Positions 28,332-36,792 of a DNA stretch of 36,792 bases are shown in pieces (position 1 is the stretch's first letter; each line of letters starts with the position of its first letter). The DNA is from an uncultured delta proteobacterium (lineage in GTDB: Bacteria > Myxococcota > Myxococcia > Myxococcales > Anaeromyxobacteraceae), in the NCBI GenBank assembly GCA_963845515.1, contig CAWJSR010000034.1, forward strand, positions 1 through 36,792, in the 5' to 3' direction. Below the pieces are notes generated by a model, which was not told the DNA's origin, did not search any database, and worked only from the letters and a program-made list of their open reading frames with translations. The translations under genes were made by a program, and so were the position numbers.

Positions 28332-28503
28332 ATGCGCCTCCCAGCGAACCAGTCAGGTCCGTGTAGCATCGCGGCGCGTCATTCACTAGGGGTCCGCTCC
28401 TACCCAGGGTGTGTGCACCGGAGGCAAGGTGAGCCGTGGACCCCCTTGCACTCTCCGCGAACGGGCCGATACTTGGCTCCACCATCGCAGGGGGGGTGAA
28501 TTC

Positions 28504-29400
28504 ATGCAGACGACGGTCCTCATCACGGGCGCTACGAGCGGCATCGGTCGCACGACGGCGCTCCACCTCGCGCGGCGGGGCTTCGCCGTCTTCGCCACGG
28601 GGCGCGATCCCGCCGCGCTCGCGTCGCTCGGCCACGAGGCGAGCGGCCTCGCGCTCACCCCCCTCCGCCTCGACGTGACCGATCCGCGCTCGCTGGCCGA
28701 GGCGCGCGCAGCCGTCCTCCGGGCGACCGGGGAGGCCGGGCTCGACGCCGTGATCAACAACGCCGGTTACGCCCTCGCCCAGCCGATCGAGGACGTCTCG
28801 CCGTCCCAGCTGCTGGAGCAGCTCGCCACCAACACCGTCGGAGCCCACGCTGTGACGCGCGCCTTCCTCCCCGAGATGCGGCGCCGCCGCGCCGGCCGCG
28901 TCGTCTTCGTCGGCAGCATCGCCGGGCGGATCGCCATCCCGCTCCTGGGCGCGTACGACGTCTCGAAGCACGCCCTCGAGGCGCTGGCGGACGCGTACCG
29001 CCGCGAGCTCCACGCGTTCGGCGTCCGGGTGATCCTGCTGCGCCCTGGCTTCATCCACTCCCGGCTGGCCGCGCAGACCAGCGCGCGGCTGGCGTCGGCC
29101 GTGCCCGCCGGCTCGCCCTACGGCCCGCTCTACCGGGCGGCGGGGAGCCTGGAGCGGATCGCGGAGCGGCTGGGCGGTAGCGCCGAGGAGGTGGCCGCCA
29201 CCGTGGAGCACGCCCTGCTGGCCCGCCGGCCGCGGGCCCACTACGCGATGCCGCGCCACGCGCGCTGGCTGATCCCGCTCTTCGCCGCCCTCCCGACCGG
29301 ACCGGCCGACGCGCTCCTCCGGGCGGCGACGGGCTTCTCCGCGAGGGGCCTCGGCCTCGACGATCCCGCCTCCCCGCGGGAGCCGGAGACGGTCGGCTAG
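28504..29400 (+). CDS. Short-chain dehydrogenase/reductase
   Basis: TGATSGIG, NNAG, YDVSK. Confidence 0.92.
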   Translation: MQTTVLITGATSGIGRTTALHLARRGFAVFATGRDPAALASLGHEASGLALTPLRLDVTDPRSLAEARAAVLRATGEAGLDAVINNAGYALAQPIEDVSPSQLLEQLATNTVGAHAVTRAFLPEMRRRRAGRVVFVGSIAGRIAIPLLGAYDVSKHALEALADAYRRELHAFGVRVILLRPGFIHSRLAAQTSARLASAVPAGSPYGPLYRAAGSLERIAERLGGSAEEVAATVEHALLARRPRAHYAMPRHARWLIPLFAALPTGPADALLRAATGFSARGLGLDDPASPREPETVG

Positions 29401-29432
29401 CGTCCGAGCGCCTCACGCAGGGCGATGAGCGC

Positions 29433-29527
29433 TCAGCCTGGGATCAGCCCACGCAGCCAGGTGGTCTTGCCGGTGCCTCGCGGACCGAGCAGGAGCGCTG
29501 CGGTGGCTGGAGGCGACGCGTATACAT
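29433..29527 (-). pseudogene. 5' remnant of an AAA-family ATPase (AAA_14/DUF4143-like)
   Basis: MYTRRLQPPQRS, frameshift, LLGPRGTGKTTWLRGLIPG*; Walker A then immediate stop. Confidence 0.6.
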
Positions 29528-29609
29528 CGCCGGCTAATTCACCGGATTTCTGCCGCCATGGTATACGCGCAGCGTAACCGGCCGGTTTTAGGCACGTTTT
29601 ACACTACAT

Positions 29610-30638
29610 CTACAGCAGCGTCCCCTGCGGCCCGCCCGGCTTCGCGCGCCCGAGGTGCTCCCAGGCGGACGGCATCGCCACGCGGCCGCGCGGCGTCCTG
29701 CCGATGAACCCCTCGCGGACGAGGAAGGGTTCGTAGACGTCCTCGAGCGTGTCGCGCTCCTCGCCGACCGCCGCCGCCACCGCGTCGAGGCCGACGGGGC
29801 CGCCGCCGTAGGTGTCGATGATGATCGCGAGCATCCGGCGATCCATGGCGTCGAGCCCCCGGGCGTCCACCTCGAGCCTCGCCAGCGTCTTCTCGACGAT
29901 CGCCTTCGTGAGGCTCCCGTCCCCCTCCACCTGCGCGAAGTCGCGGGCGCGCTGGAGGAGCCGGATGGCGATCCGCGGGGTGCCGCGTGCACGCCGCGCC
30001 AGCTCCTCCGCGCCGGCCTGCTCGACCGGCAGGGCGAGCTTCCCGGCGGCCCGCACCGCGATCTCCTGAAGCTCGGCCGCGCCGTAGTACTCGAGCCGCT
30101 CCTGGATCGGGAACCGGTCCCGCAGCGGGCTGGCCAGCAGCCCAGAGCGGGTGGTGGCGCCCACCAACGTGAAGCGCTCGAGCTTCATCTCCATCGTCTG
30201 CGCGCCGATGCCGGCGCCGAGGACGACGTCGAAGCGGAAGTCCTCCATCGCCGGGTAGAGTGCCTCCTCGACGGCCGGCGAGAGCCGGTGGATCTCGTCG
30301 ATGAAGAGGATGTCGCGGGGGCCGAGGGCGGTGAGGAGGCCCGCGAGGTCCCCCTTCTTCACGAGGGCGGGGCCGCTCGTCACGTGGAGCGTCACGCCCA
30401 GCTCGCGCGCGAGGATGTGGGCGAGCGAGGTCTTGCCGAGGCCGGGGGGACCGGCGAGCAGGACGTGGTCCAGCGCCTCGCCGCGCTTCTTCGCGGCCTG
30501 GGCGTAGACCCGGAAGTTGCGGACGATCTTCTCCTGCCCGACGTACTCGTCGAAGGTGGCGGGCCGGAGCGACTGCTCCAGCTTCTCCTCCCCATCGAGC
30601 GCCCTGCCGGAGACGTCACGGATCGGCTTCGCTGACAT
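29610..30638 (-). CDS. ruvB: Holliday junction branch migration helicase RuvB
   Basis: LRP.TFDEYVGQ, GPPGLGKT, FIDEIHR, GATTR, RGTPRIA, GGPVG, RTPRGR. Confidence 0.97.
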   Translation of the reverse strand: MSAKPIRDVSGRALDGEEKLEQSLRPATFDEYVGQEKIVRNFRVYAQAAKKRGEALDHVLLAGPPGLGKTSLAHILARELGVTLHVTSGPALVKKGDLAGLLTALGPRDILFIDEIHRLSPAVEEALYPAMEDFRFDVVLGAGIGAQTMEMKLERFTLVGATTRSGLLASPLRDRFPIQERLEYYGAAELQEIAVRAAGKLALPVEQAGAEELARRARGTPRIAIRLLQRARDFAQVEGDGSLTKAIVEKTLARLEVDARGLDAMDRRMLAIIIDTYGGGPVGLDAVAAAVGEERDTLEDVYEPFLVREGFIGRTPRGRVAMPSAWEHLGRAKPGGPQGTLL

Positions 30639-30703
30639 GCCCGCGGAATCTAGCACAGGGTCCTGCGGCGACCCGCGGCGCCCGGTCCCACAGATGGGCA
30701 CGT

Positions 30704-30741
30704 CCCCTCTCCCGCATCGCGGGAGAGGGCTAGGGTGAGGG
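30704..30741 (-). repeat. REP-like palindromic repeat, copy 2
   Basis: Minus strand CCCTCACCCTAGCCCTCTCCCGC-GAT-GCGGGAGAGGGG. Confidence 0.75.
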
Positions 30742-32469
30742 TTCCGCCGCGCGCCTCCCGCGCAGCCTCGGCACCAGGATGAGCGCGATGCCGTAGAGGC
30801 CGAAGGAGAAGAGGAGCGTCGCCGGCCGGCTGCGCGGGAGATCCTCGGTCAGGATCTTGAGCGCGATCGCGACCAGCACCGGGTAGGCGAGCCAGCCCGC
30901 CTCCCGCCACGCGGCGGTCCGGCCAGCCCAGGCCAGCGCGAGGACGCCGAGCACCAGCACGCCCGTCCTGACGGCCGCGATCGCGCCCGGGCTCGCCTCC
31001 GACCCGAGCTGGGCCGCGACGACCGGTGAGATCCAGCCGATGAGCGCGCCCGCGGCGGCGAAGGCCACCACCGCGTCCAGCAGGAGTTGGGGAATCTGGA
31101 GGAAGGGCGTGGCCCGCTCACCGTCGCCAGCCGCGATCCAGGCGCTGCCCGCCACGCACGCGAGGACCAGCACGGAGGCGATGGGGAGCGCGTCCCAGGG
31201 GGTGCCCGGAGGATCGCGCAGCGCCCGCACCGCGTGGAGGACCAGGCCGCTGCCGAACGCGGCCGCGAGCGCGTACGCGACGCCGTGGACGGCGAGCGAC
31301 CTCCGTCCCTTCCAGCGCGCGAGCCCCGCGGCCACCAGCGCGAGGAGCCCCCAGGCGACTGCGCGCGCCGCGGCCGGGAGCGCCAGCGCCGTCCCCACGA
31401 GGACCATGAGGATGCCGACCGTCGTATAGAAGTGGAAGTTTGCACGCCCGCGCTGCCGCTTCTCGACGAAGGCGAAGGCGACCGCGTAGGCGGCGACACC
31501 CAGCGCGATGCTCGCCGCGCCGAAGGCGGCCGAGCCCATCCCCGTCCGCATCGCCACGTAGGTGGCCCCGCCGAGGCCGACGGCCAGCGACGCGGCGGTC
31601 TGGGCGATCTCGAACGGCACCACGTCCCGTCCGAGCAGGAGGGTCCGGACCGCGATGCTGCCCAGATACGCGGCCATGAGGAGTGCCTGGAGCGCGAACG
31701 CGACCCGCGGCCCCTCGACGACCGTCGGCGCGACGGCGCGCATGGCCACCGCCACGAGCACCAGGTCGGCGGCGAGCGCCAGCGGCCAGCGCAGCCCGAA
31801 CCAGTCGCGTATGTAGCCGATCCAGAGCGCGCCGACGCCGAGCAGGATCAGGTAGAGCGCGGGGGCGAAGAAGTGGCCGCTCACGATCATCAGGGCCACC
31901 GCAGTGGCGGCGCCGCCGAGCCCGATGGGCCAGGCGAGCCCCGAGAGGCCGCGCCACGCGGCGACGCCGAGCGCGACGGCGGTGAGGAGCGCCAGCAGGA
32001 GCGTCGCGACGGCCGGGGAGAGCAGCCTGAAGCGCGTCGCCGCCTCGAAGAGGAGCGGGAAGCCGATGAGGACCGCGGAGAGGCCGTGGAAGCCGGCGCT
32101 CACCGACTGGCCCGCTCGCCCGGCGCGATCGGCCAGCGCGATCCAGACGCCCGCGTACAGGAAGCCGAGCCCTGCGCCGGCCGCCGTGGGGAGCCGTCCG
32201 CCGTCGGTGAGGGCGCGGAGCACGAACGCCCCGGCGAGGACGAGCAGCGTGCGCCCTACGAGGGAGAGGATCGTGGTGACCGCCGCCTCGCGGACCGGCG
32301 CGGCGCGCGCCGCCTCCGCGACGGCCGCGGCGAGCGCCGCCTCGCGCCGCTCCTCCGCCGACGACGCCGTCACCCCGCTCTCGAGCGCCGCCACCCTCCC
32401 CTCCAGCTTGCGCACTGCGTCGGCCAGGTCGGTGACCTGCACCTCGAGCTCGCTGGTCCGGTCGTGCAT
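30730..32469 (-). CDS. Large polytopic membrane protein (DUF2339-like)
   Basis: GAGGGAGG RBS; N-terminal coiled coil LEGRVAALE; many TM segments; GRTLLVLAGAFVLRALTD. Confidence 0.78.
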   Translation of the reverse strand: MHDRTSELEVQVTDLADAVRKLEGRVAALESGVTASSAEERREAALAAAVAEAARAAPVREAAVTTILSLVGRTLLVLAGAFVLRALTDGGRLPTAAGAGLGFLYAGVWIALADRAGRAGQSVSAGFHGLSAVLIGFPLLFEAATRFRLLSPAVATLLLALLTAVALGVAAWRGLSGLAWPIGLGGAATAVALMIVSGHFFAPALYLILLGVGALWIGYIRDWFGLRWPLALAADLVLVAVAMRAVAPTVVEGPRVAFALQALLMAAYLGSIAVRTLLLGRDVVPFEIAQTAASLAVGLGGATYVAMRTGMGSAAFGAASIALGVAAYAVAFAFVEKRQRGRANFHFYTTVGILMVLVGTALALPAAARAVAWGLLALVAAGLARWKGRRSLAVHGVAYALAAAFGSGLVLHAVRALRDPPGTPWDALPIASVLVLACVAGSAWIAAGDGERATPFLQIPQLLLDAVVAFAAAGALIGWISPVVAAQLGSEASPGAIAAVRTGVLVLGVLALAWAGRTAAWREAGWLAYPVLVAIALKILTEDLPRSRPATLLFSFGLYGIALILVPRLRGRRAAEPSP

Positions 32470-32662
32470 CGGGCCCTCCCTCGTCCGCCGCAGGGGAACG
32501 CATCGGACGCCCGTCATCGGAGACTTGAGCACAGCTCTGCGTCATGCAGACACGCGCCAACGGGTGGCCCTTACAGGGGCCGCATCAGCCCCGCCAATGG
32601 GGGCTGGGATTGTGGACTACACGGGCGATATGCCACGGTGAATTGGCGGCGAAGGAGTTTCG

Positions 32663-32881
32663 ATGGCCAGGTGGGCGAAGCAGGTCGGAGCCTTCTTGCG
32701 CGTAATTTTCGCACGGGAGAGCCTTCCCCACGCCCCGATCGCGCGCGCGCCGGAGGAACGACGCGGCGCGCTGGGCCTGCTCCTGGCGCCCGACGCGCTC
32801 CCTGAAGACCCTCCGCGACCTGCGCCCGAGCGCGGCCGCTGGCTGGCCTGGTTGTTCGCACCCGAGCGGCTCGACGGCTGA
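32663..32881 (+). CDS. Small hypothetical protein with three short repeats
   Basis: AAGGAG RBS; IFARESLP / LLAPDALP / LFAPERLD. Confidence 0.65.
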   Translation: MARWAKQVGAFLRVIFARESLPHAPIARAPEERRGALGLLLAPDALPEDPPRPAPERGRWLAWLFAPERLDG

Positions 32882-32904
32882 CCGCCGCGAGAGGAGATGG
32901 CCGG

Positions 32905-33384
32905 ATGGAGCACGCACGTCACGTCTTTCGAGCCCTGCTGCTGCTGGTCGTGATCGTGGTGGTGATCTCACTCGGTCGCGGCTTCCTGATCCCTCGCTCC
33001 TTCGGGCTCTACGGCCCGTATCGCGCGGACAACGTGGCCGAGCAGATGGCCATCAGGCCGCCGCAGCATGGCGGCGTCCAATCCTGCGCCGGGTGCCACC
33101 CCGCCAACGTGGAGAAGCGGCAGGCTGGCAGCCACAAGACAGTGAGCTGCGAGGTCTGCCACGCGCCGCTCGTCCTGCACGTCAGCGGCGGGAAGCGGTC
33201 GGCGGCGATGGCAATCGACACCTCCTTCGCGCTCTGCGCCCGCTGCCACCGCGAGATCCTGGGGCGGCCCGAGAAGTTCCCGCAGGTGGTCCTCGATCAG
33301 CACGTCCATGAGCAGGGCGCGCAAGGTCTGGTCCAGGGGCGCATCTGCCTGGACTGCCACGACCCGCACAGTCCGAAGCTCTAG
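32905..33384 (+). CDS. Membrane-anchored tetraheme cytochrome c
   Basis: TM helix; CAGCH, CEVCH, CARCH, CLDCH. Confidence 0.92.
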   Translation: MEHARHVFRALLLLVVIVVVISLGRGFLIPRSFGLYGPYRADNVAEQMAIRPPQHGGVQSCAGCHPANVEKRQAGSHKTVSCEVCHAPLVLHVSGGKRSAAMAIDTSFALCARCHREILGRPEKFPQVVLDQHVHEQGAQGLVQGRICLDCHDPHSPKL

Positions 33385-33399
33385 GAAGGAGCCGACGCC

Positions 33400-33486
33400 A
33401 TGGAGAAGCGTGAAGAGAGCGTCCCCGGCACCCCGGCCAGGACCGCTCCCGCCGAAGCCTCCACCGCGGGCGGGCCGTCCGAGCTC
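33400..33486 (+). CDS. 5' end of the next operon gene, cut at the junction; product not identifiable
   Basis: AAGGAG RBS, ATG 33400, MEKREESVPGTPARTAPAEASTAGGPSEL, then adapter-like sequence. Confidence 0.5.
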
Positions 33487-33517
33487 AGCGATACATTGCT
33501 TGGTAGAGCGTATTGCT
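33487..33517. other. Chimeric junction with Oxford Nanopore adapter-like remnants
   Basis: AGCGATAC (adapter reverse complement begins AGCAATAC) ... CGTATTGCT (3' end of the ligation adapter TTACGTATTGCT); genes cut on both sides; composition changes. Confidence 0.8.
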
Positions 33518-34519
33518 GTTGCCGAACCGCTCGAGCGAGCGCAGGGCCCGGCTGCCTTCCATGCCGCCGAACTGCATGAAACAGCTGAGGTCGCTCGTCT
33601 TCACGGTGCGTGCCTCGGCGATGATGCGCGAGGCACAGTGCTCCGGCGAGCCGATGATGACATTGTCGATGATCTGCTCCGGCGTCGGCTCGTCCTTGTA
33701 GGGCATGGACCTGAGCTGGGCGCCATCGAGCTCCTGATAGTTGAAGCGCATGCTGAAGGCGAGGCGATTGACGTAGAGGATGCGCTCGGCGGCATCGCGG
33801 GCGTCGGCCCTGCTGTCGGTGACATAGATATAGCGCTGAACTGCAAATGGCATGGTGCGCGGGTTGCGGCCCGCCTTGGCAAAGATCCCCTCATAATATT
33901 GCCGCTGGCGGGCGAGGACGTCGCTGCCTTGTGCTCCTACGGTGATAAAGGGAATCCAGCCGTCGCGAGCGGCCCGTTCGACAAGCTCTGGCTGGGCGCC
34001 CGCAACGTAGATTTCAGGACGGCGGCCGTTCAACAAGCGGGTGCAGATGGGCATTTCCTCGAGGGTGTAGTGCTTGCCGGAATAGGAGAAGGTCTCGGCA
34101 GCGGCAAACCGCTCGATGATGTCGGCCATTTCGAGAGTTCGCTCGACACGCTCCTCGAGATTTACACCAAAATGAGAGAATTCGTAGCCTTGATAACCGG
34201 TGCCGATCCCGATCACCAGCCGGCCGTCGCTCAGCTGGTCGACAAGGCCCAGTTCCTCGACCAGGCGCACCGGATGATAGAGGGGCAGGACCAGGACGGC
34301 GGTTCCCAACCGGATGGTGCGGGTCAGGCCGGCGCAGTAAGCGGCCATGACCAGCGGCGAGACGCACATGCTGTAGTTGGAGAAATGATGCTCCGCCATC
34401 CAGGCAGTATCGAAGCCGATGGCTTCGGCCAGCTTCACCATGTCGACGGTTTCTTTGATCAGCTGGCGTCCGTCATCCGGAGCGCGCAGCGTCATCAGGC
34501 TGAAAAGTCCAAGCCTCAT
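33518..34519 (-). CDS. LLM-class flavin-dependent oxidoreductase, 3' end cut at the junction
   Basis: GFDTAWMAEHHFS, IRLGTAVLVLPLYHPVRLVEE, IIGSPE. Confidence 0.9.
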
Positions 34520-34535
34520 CCTGGTCTCTCCCTCT

Positions 34536-35294
34536 TCAGATGCCGACAATGGTTTGGCCGCCATTGGGGCTGATCACCTGTCCGGTGATGAAATCGGCCT
34601 CCGAAGAGGCAAGAAAGGCCACCGTCGCGGCAATCTCCGCGGGATCGGCATAGCGGCCCAGCGGCACGAGCTTGATTTTATCGGCCATGCGTTTCTCGAT
34701 ATTCGGCTGCTGCCGCACCATTTCGGTAAGCACGCCGCCCGGCGCGACAGCGTTGACATGGATGTTCCATGGCGCCAATTCGCGGGCCCATGCCTTGGTC
34801 AACCCGAGCAGGGCAGCCTTGGCGCCGCAATAGTCGGAGGCGGCATGATGCCCGACCATGCCCCAGATCGAGGAGATATTGATGATCTTGCCGAAGCGCC
34901 GCGCCTTCATGCCGGGCACGACCGCCTGCGTCGCGAAGAAGCTTCCCTTGACGTGGACCGCGAACATGCGGTCGAAATCCTGTTCGGTGATCTCCTCGAG
35001 CGGCGCTTCGCCGCCGATCCCGGCATTGTTCACCAGGATATCGAGCCGTCCGAGCCGGCGCTCCATGGCGGCAAGCTCGGCCTGCAGGCGTCGGGTGTCG
35101 GTGACGTCGCAGATGATCGCCTGGGCTTCGCCACCGGAATCCCTGACCATATGCACGGTTTCCTGTGCCTCGGCTTCCAGAATATCCTGGACGACAACCG
35201 ATGCGCCGCCTGCGGCCAGGAGACAGGCATGAGCCCGGCCCATGCCGCGGCCTCCACCGGTGATGACGGCAACCCGTCCTTCAAAGTTCGGCAT
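34536..35294 (-). CDS. SDR oxidoreductase (FabG-like)
   Basis: [28 protein letters not shown]. Confidence 0.92.
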   Translation of the reverse strand: MPNFEGRVAVITGGGRGMGRAHACLLAAGGASVVVQDILEAEAQETVHMVRDSGGEAQAIICDVTDTRRLQAELAAMERRLGRLDILVNNAGIGGEAPLEEITEQDFDRMFAVHVKGSFFATQAVVPGMKARRFGKIINISSIWGMVGHHAASDYCGAKAALLGLTKAWARELAPWNIHVNAVAPGGVLTEMVRQQPNIEKRMADKIKLVPLGRYADPAEIAATVAFLASSEADFITGQVISPNGGQTIVGI

Positions 35295-35312
35295 TCGTTC
35301 AGCCTCCCTTGC

Positions 35313-36071
35313 CTAGAAACCGACCATGGTCTTGCCGCCGTTCGGGCTGATCACCTGGCCGGTGATGAACGCCGCCGCATCGGATGCGAGAAACGCGGTG
35401 GTGAAGGCAATCTCGCGCGGTTCGCACCAGCGGCCAAGCGGCACCTGCTTCTCCTCCGCGGCGATGCCGGCATCGCCCAGGGTCTGGTGGACCATCGCGG
35501 TCTTGACGCCGCCTGGCGCAATGGCATTGACGGTGATGCCGTGCGGCGCAAGCTCGAGGGCCCAGGCCTTTGTCAGGCCGAGGATCGCCGACTTGGCTGC
35601 GACATAGTCGGAAGCCGTGTCATGGCCGGCCATCGCCCAGCGGGACGAGGTGTTGATGATGCGGCCGCGGCCGGAGCGTCTTCAGGGCCGGAACAGCGGC
35701 TTTGGTGGTGAAGAATGTGCCCTTGACGTGGACCGCGAACATGCGGTCGAACGCGGCCTCGTCGATGGCCTCGATCGAGCGGTCGACGCCGATACCGGCG
35801 TTGTTGACGAGAATGTCGAGGCGCCCCCAGCGCTCGAGGGCCGCTGCAACGATCTGCCGGTCGGCCTCGGGATCGGCGATGTCGCAGACGGCGAGGCGAA
35901 AGTCGAGGCGTTCCTGGTCAGTCTCGCGGCGGTCAGCGCCGCGCGGTCGGCGTCGATATCCTGGACAAGCACGGCCGCACCACGCTCGGCGAGGAGCCAG
36001 GCGGTTGCCTGGCCGATTCCCGAACCGGCGCCGGTTACGACAGCGACGCAACCCTGGAGCTCGCCGCTCAT
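35313..36071 (-). CDS. SDR oxidoreductase, tandem paralog, several frameshifts
   Basis: [20 protein letters not shown] / LDILVNNAG / YVAAK...[11 protein letters not shown] recovered from three frames. Confidence 0.85.
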
Positions 36072-36792
36072 GCTTCCTCCGCAACGATGATGGTATCGCT
36101 GGCCCGCCAGGTGACGGTGATCGTATCGCCGATCGCTGGAGAACGATGCCATGGCGGGAAGGGACCCGGACCGTGATGAGAGTCGTCGGCGAGGCGGACG
36201 CGGTAGCGTATCGAGCCGGCAGTATAGACCACATCGGCGATGAGACCGGGAAGCGGTTGCCCTGACCGCGTTCTCGCCGAGGGTGATGTTCTCGGGGCGC
36301 ACGGCAGCACTGCGATACCGGCAGCGTCGGTGCGGCGGTGCGCACGATGCGGCCGCCGGCCACCCGGGCCGTGCACCCCGAAGCGCCCCCGCCGGCGATC
36401 TGCTCGATCTTCATGAGGTTGGCCTCGCCGAGAAAGCTCGCGACAAAGCTGGTGTGCGGATTTTCGTAGAGCACGCGAGGCGTCGCGATCTGGATGATCG
36501 CGCCGTTGTTCATGACGGCGATGCGATCGGCCATGCAGGCCGCCTCCTGCTGGTCATGGGTAACGTAGATCACCGTGGTACCGATGACGGCCTGGAAGCG
36601 CTTGACCTCGTCCTGCATCTCCTCGCGAAGGTTCTTGTCGAGTGCGCCGAGGGGCTCGTCCATCAGGAGGAGCAGCGGATCGTAAACGGCAGCCCGGGCC
36701 AGAGCGACGCGCTGCTGCTGGCCGCCCGACAGCTGCTGCGGGCGACGATCACCGAAGCCCGCGAGCCGGACTGCTTCCAGCATGCGCTCGAC
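36068..36792 (-). CDS. ABC transporter ATP-binding protein (PotA-like, TOBE domain), 5'-partial and frameshifted
   Basis: [36 protein letters not shown] and [13 protein letters not shown] lie in other frames. Confidence 0.88.

Noticed and set aside
33308..34573. 421-aa plus-strand ORF crossing the junction, and the SNTLYQAMYR tail of the LLM ORF
   Set aside because: Antisense shadow of the LLM gene and read-through into adapter-like sequence.
35620..36783. Apparent ABC ATPase-SDR fusion (387 aa)
   Set aside because: Produced by indels; the two genes meet at an ATGA overlap at 36068-36071.
33487..36792. Genomic island or horizontal transfer as the cause of the composition change
   Set aside because: No integrase, tRNA or att repeat; both flanking genes are cut mid-sequence at adapter-like bases, so an artefact is more likely.
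1..36792. CRISPR array, tRNA or rRNA genes
   Set aside because: No regularly spaced repeats, cloverleaf or rRNA-like sequence seen by eye; repeats found are protein-coding or the two REP-like copies.

Overview
High-GC window that appears to be two unrelated DNA molecules joined at about 33487-33517. Bases 1-33486 look like an Anaeromyxobacter-like myxobacterial genome (inferred from gene content and style). This part holds: (i) the edge of a defence/accessory island (5' end of an MmeI-like type IIL R-M gene, a UDG-like gene, DUF3800, an IS21 istA fragment and a candidate structured RNA); (ii) a Cys/His/Met-rich envelope cluster, possibly for metal uptake; (iii) porin, cytochrome c, CoA-transferase, lpxC with a full sigma54/IHF/palindrome promoter layout, and rhomboid; (iv) a PEGA / PilZ-like / Ig-like lipoprotein / FecR surface cluster; (v) a single-chain PheS-like ligase behind an unannotated 29-aa leader ORF with switchable RNA structure; (vi) MCP, SDR, ruvB, a membrane protein and a tetraheme cytochrome operon that is cut off. 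At 33487-33517 there is a Nanopore-adapter-like sequence, followed by a lower-GC catabolic operon (ABC ATPase, two SDRs, LLM oxidoreductase) that is also cut at the junction. Several single-base frameshifts are probably long-read errors. The best candidates for new biology are the leader-controlled PheS-like ligase, the DUF3800/IS21-fragment/RNA locus and the paired Ig-like lipoprotein cluster. All family calls come from reading motifs by eye; no database searches were run.
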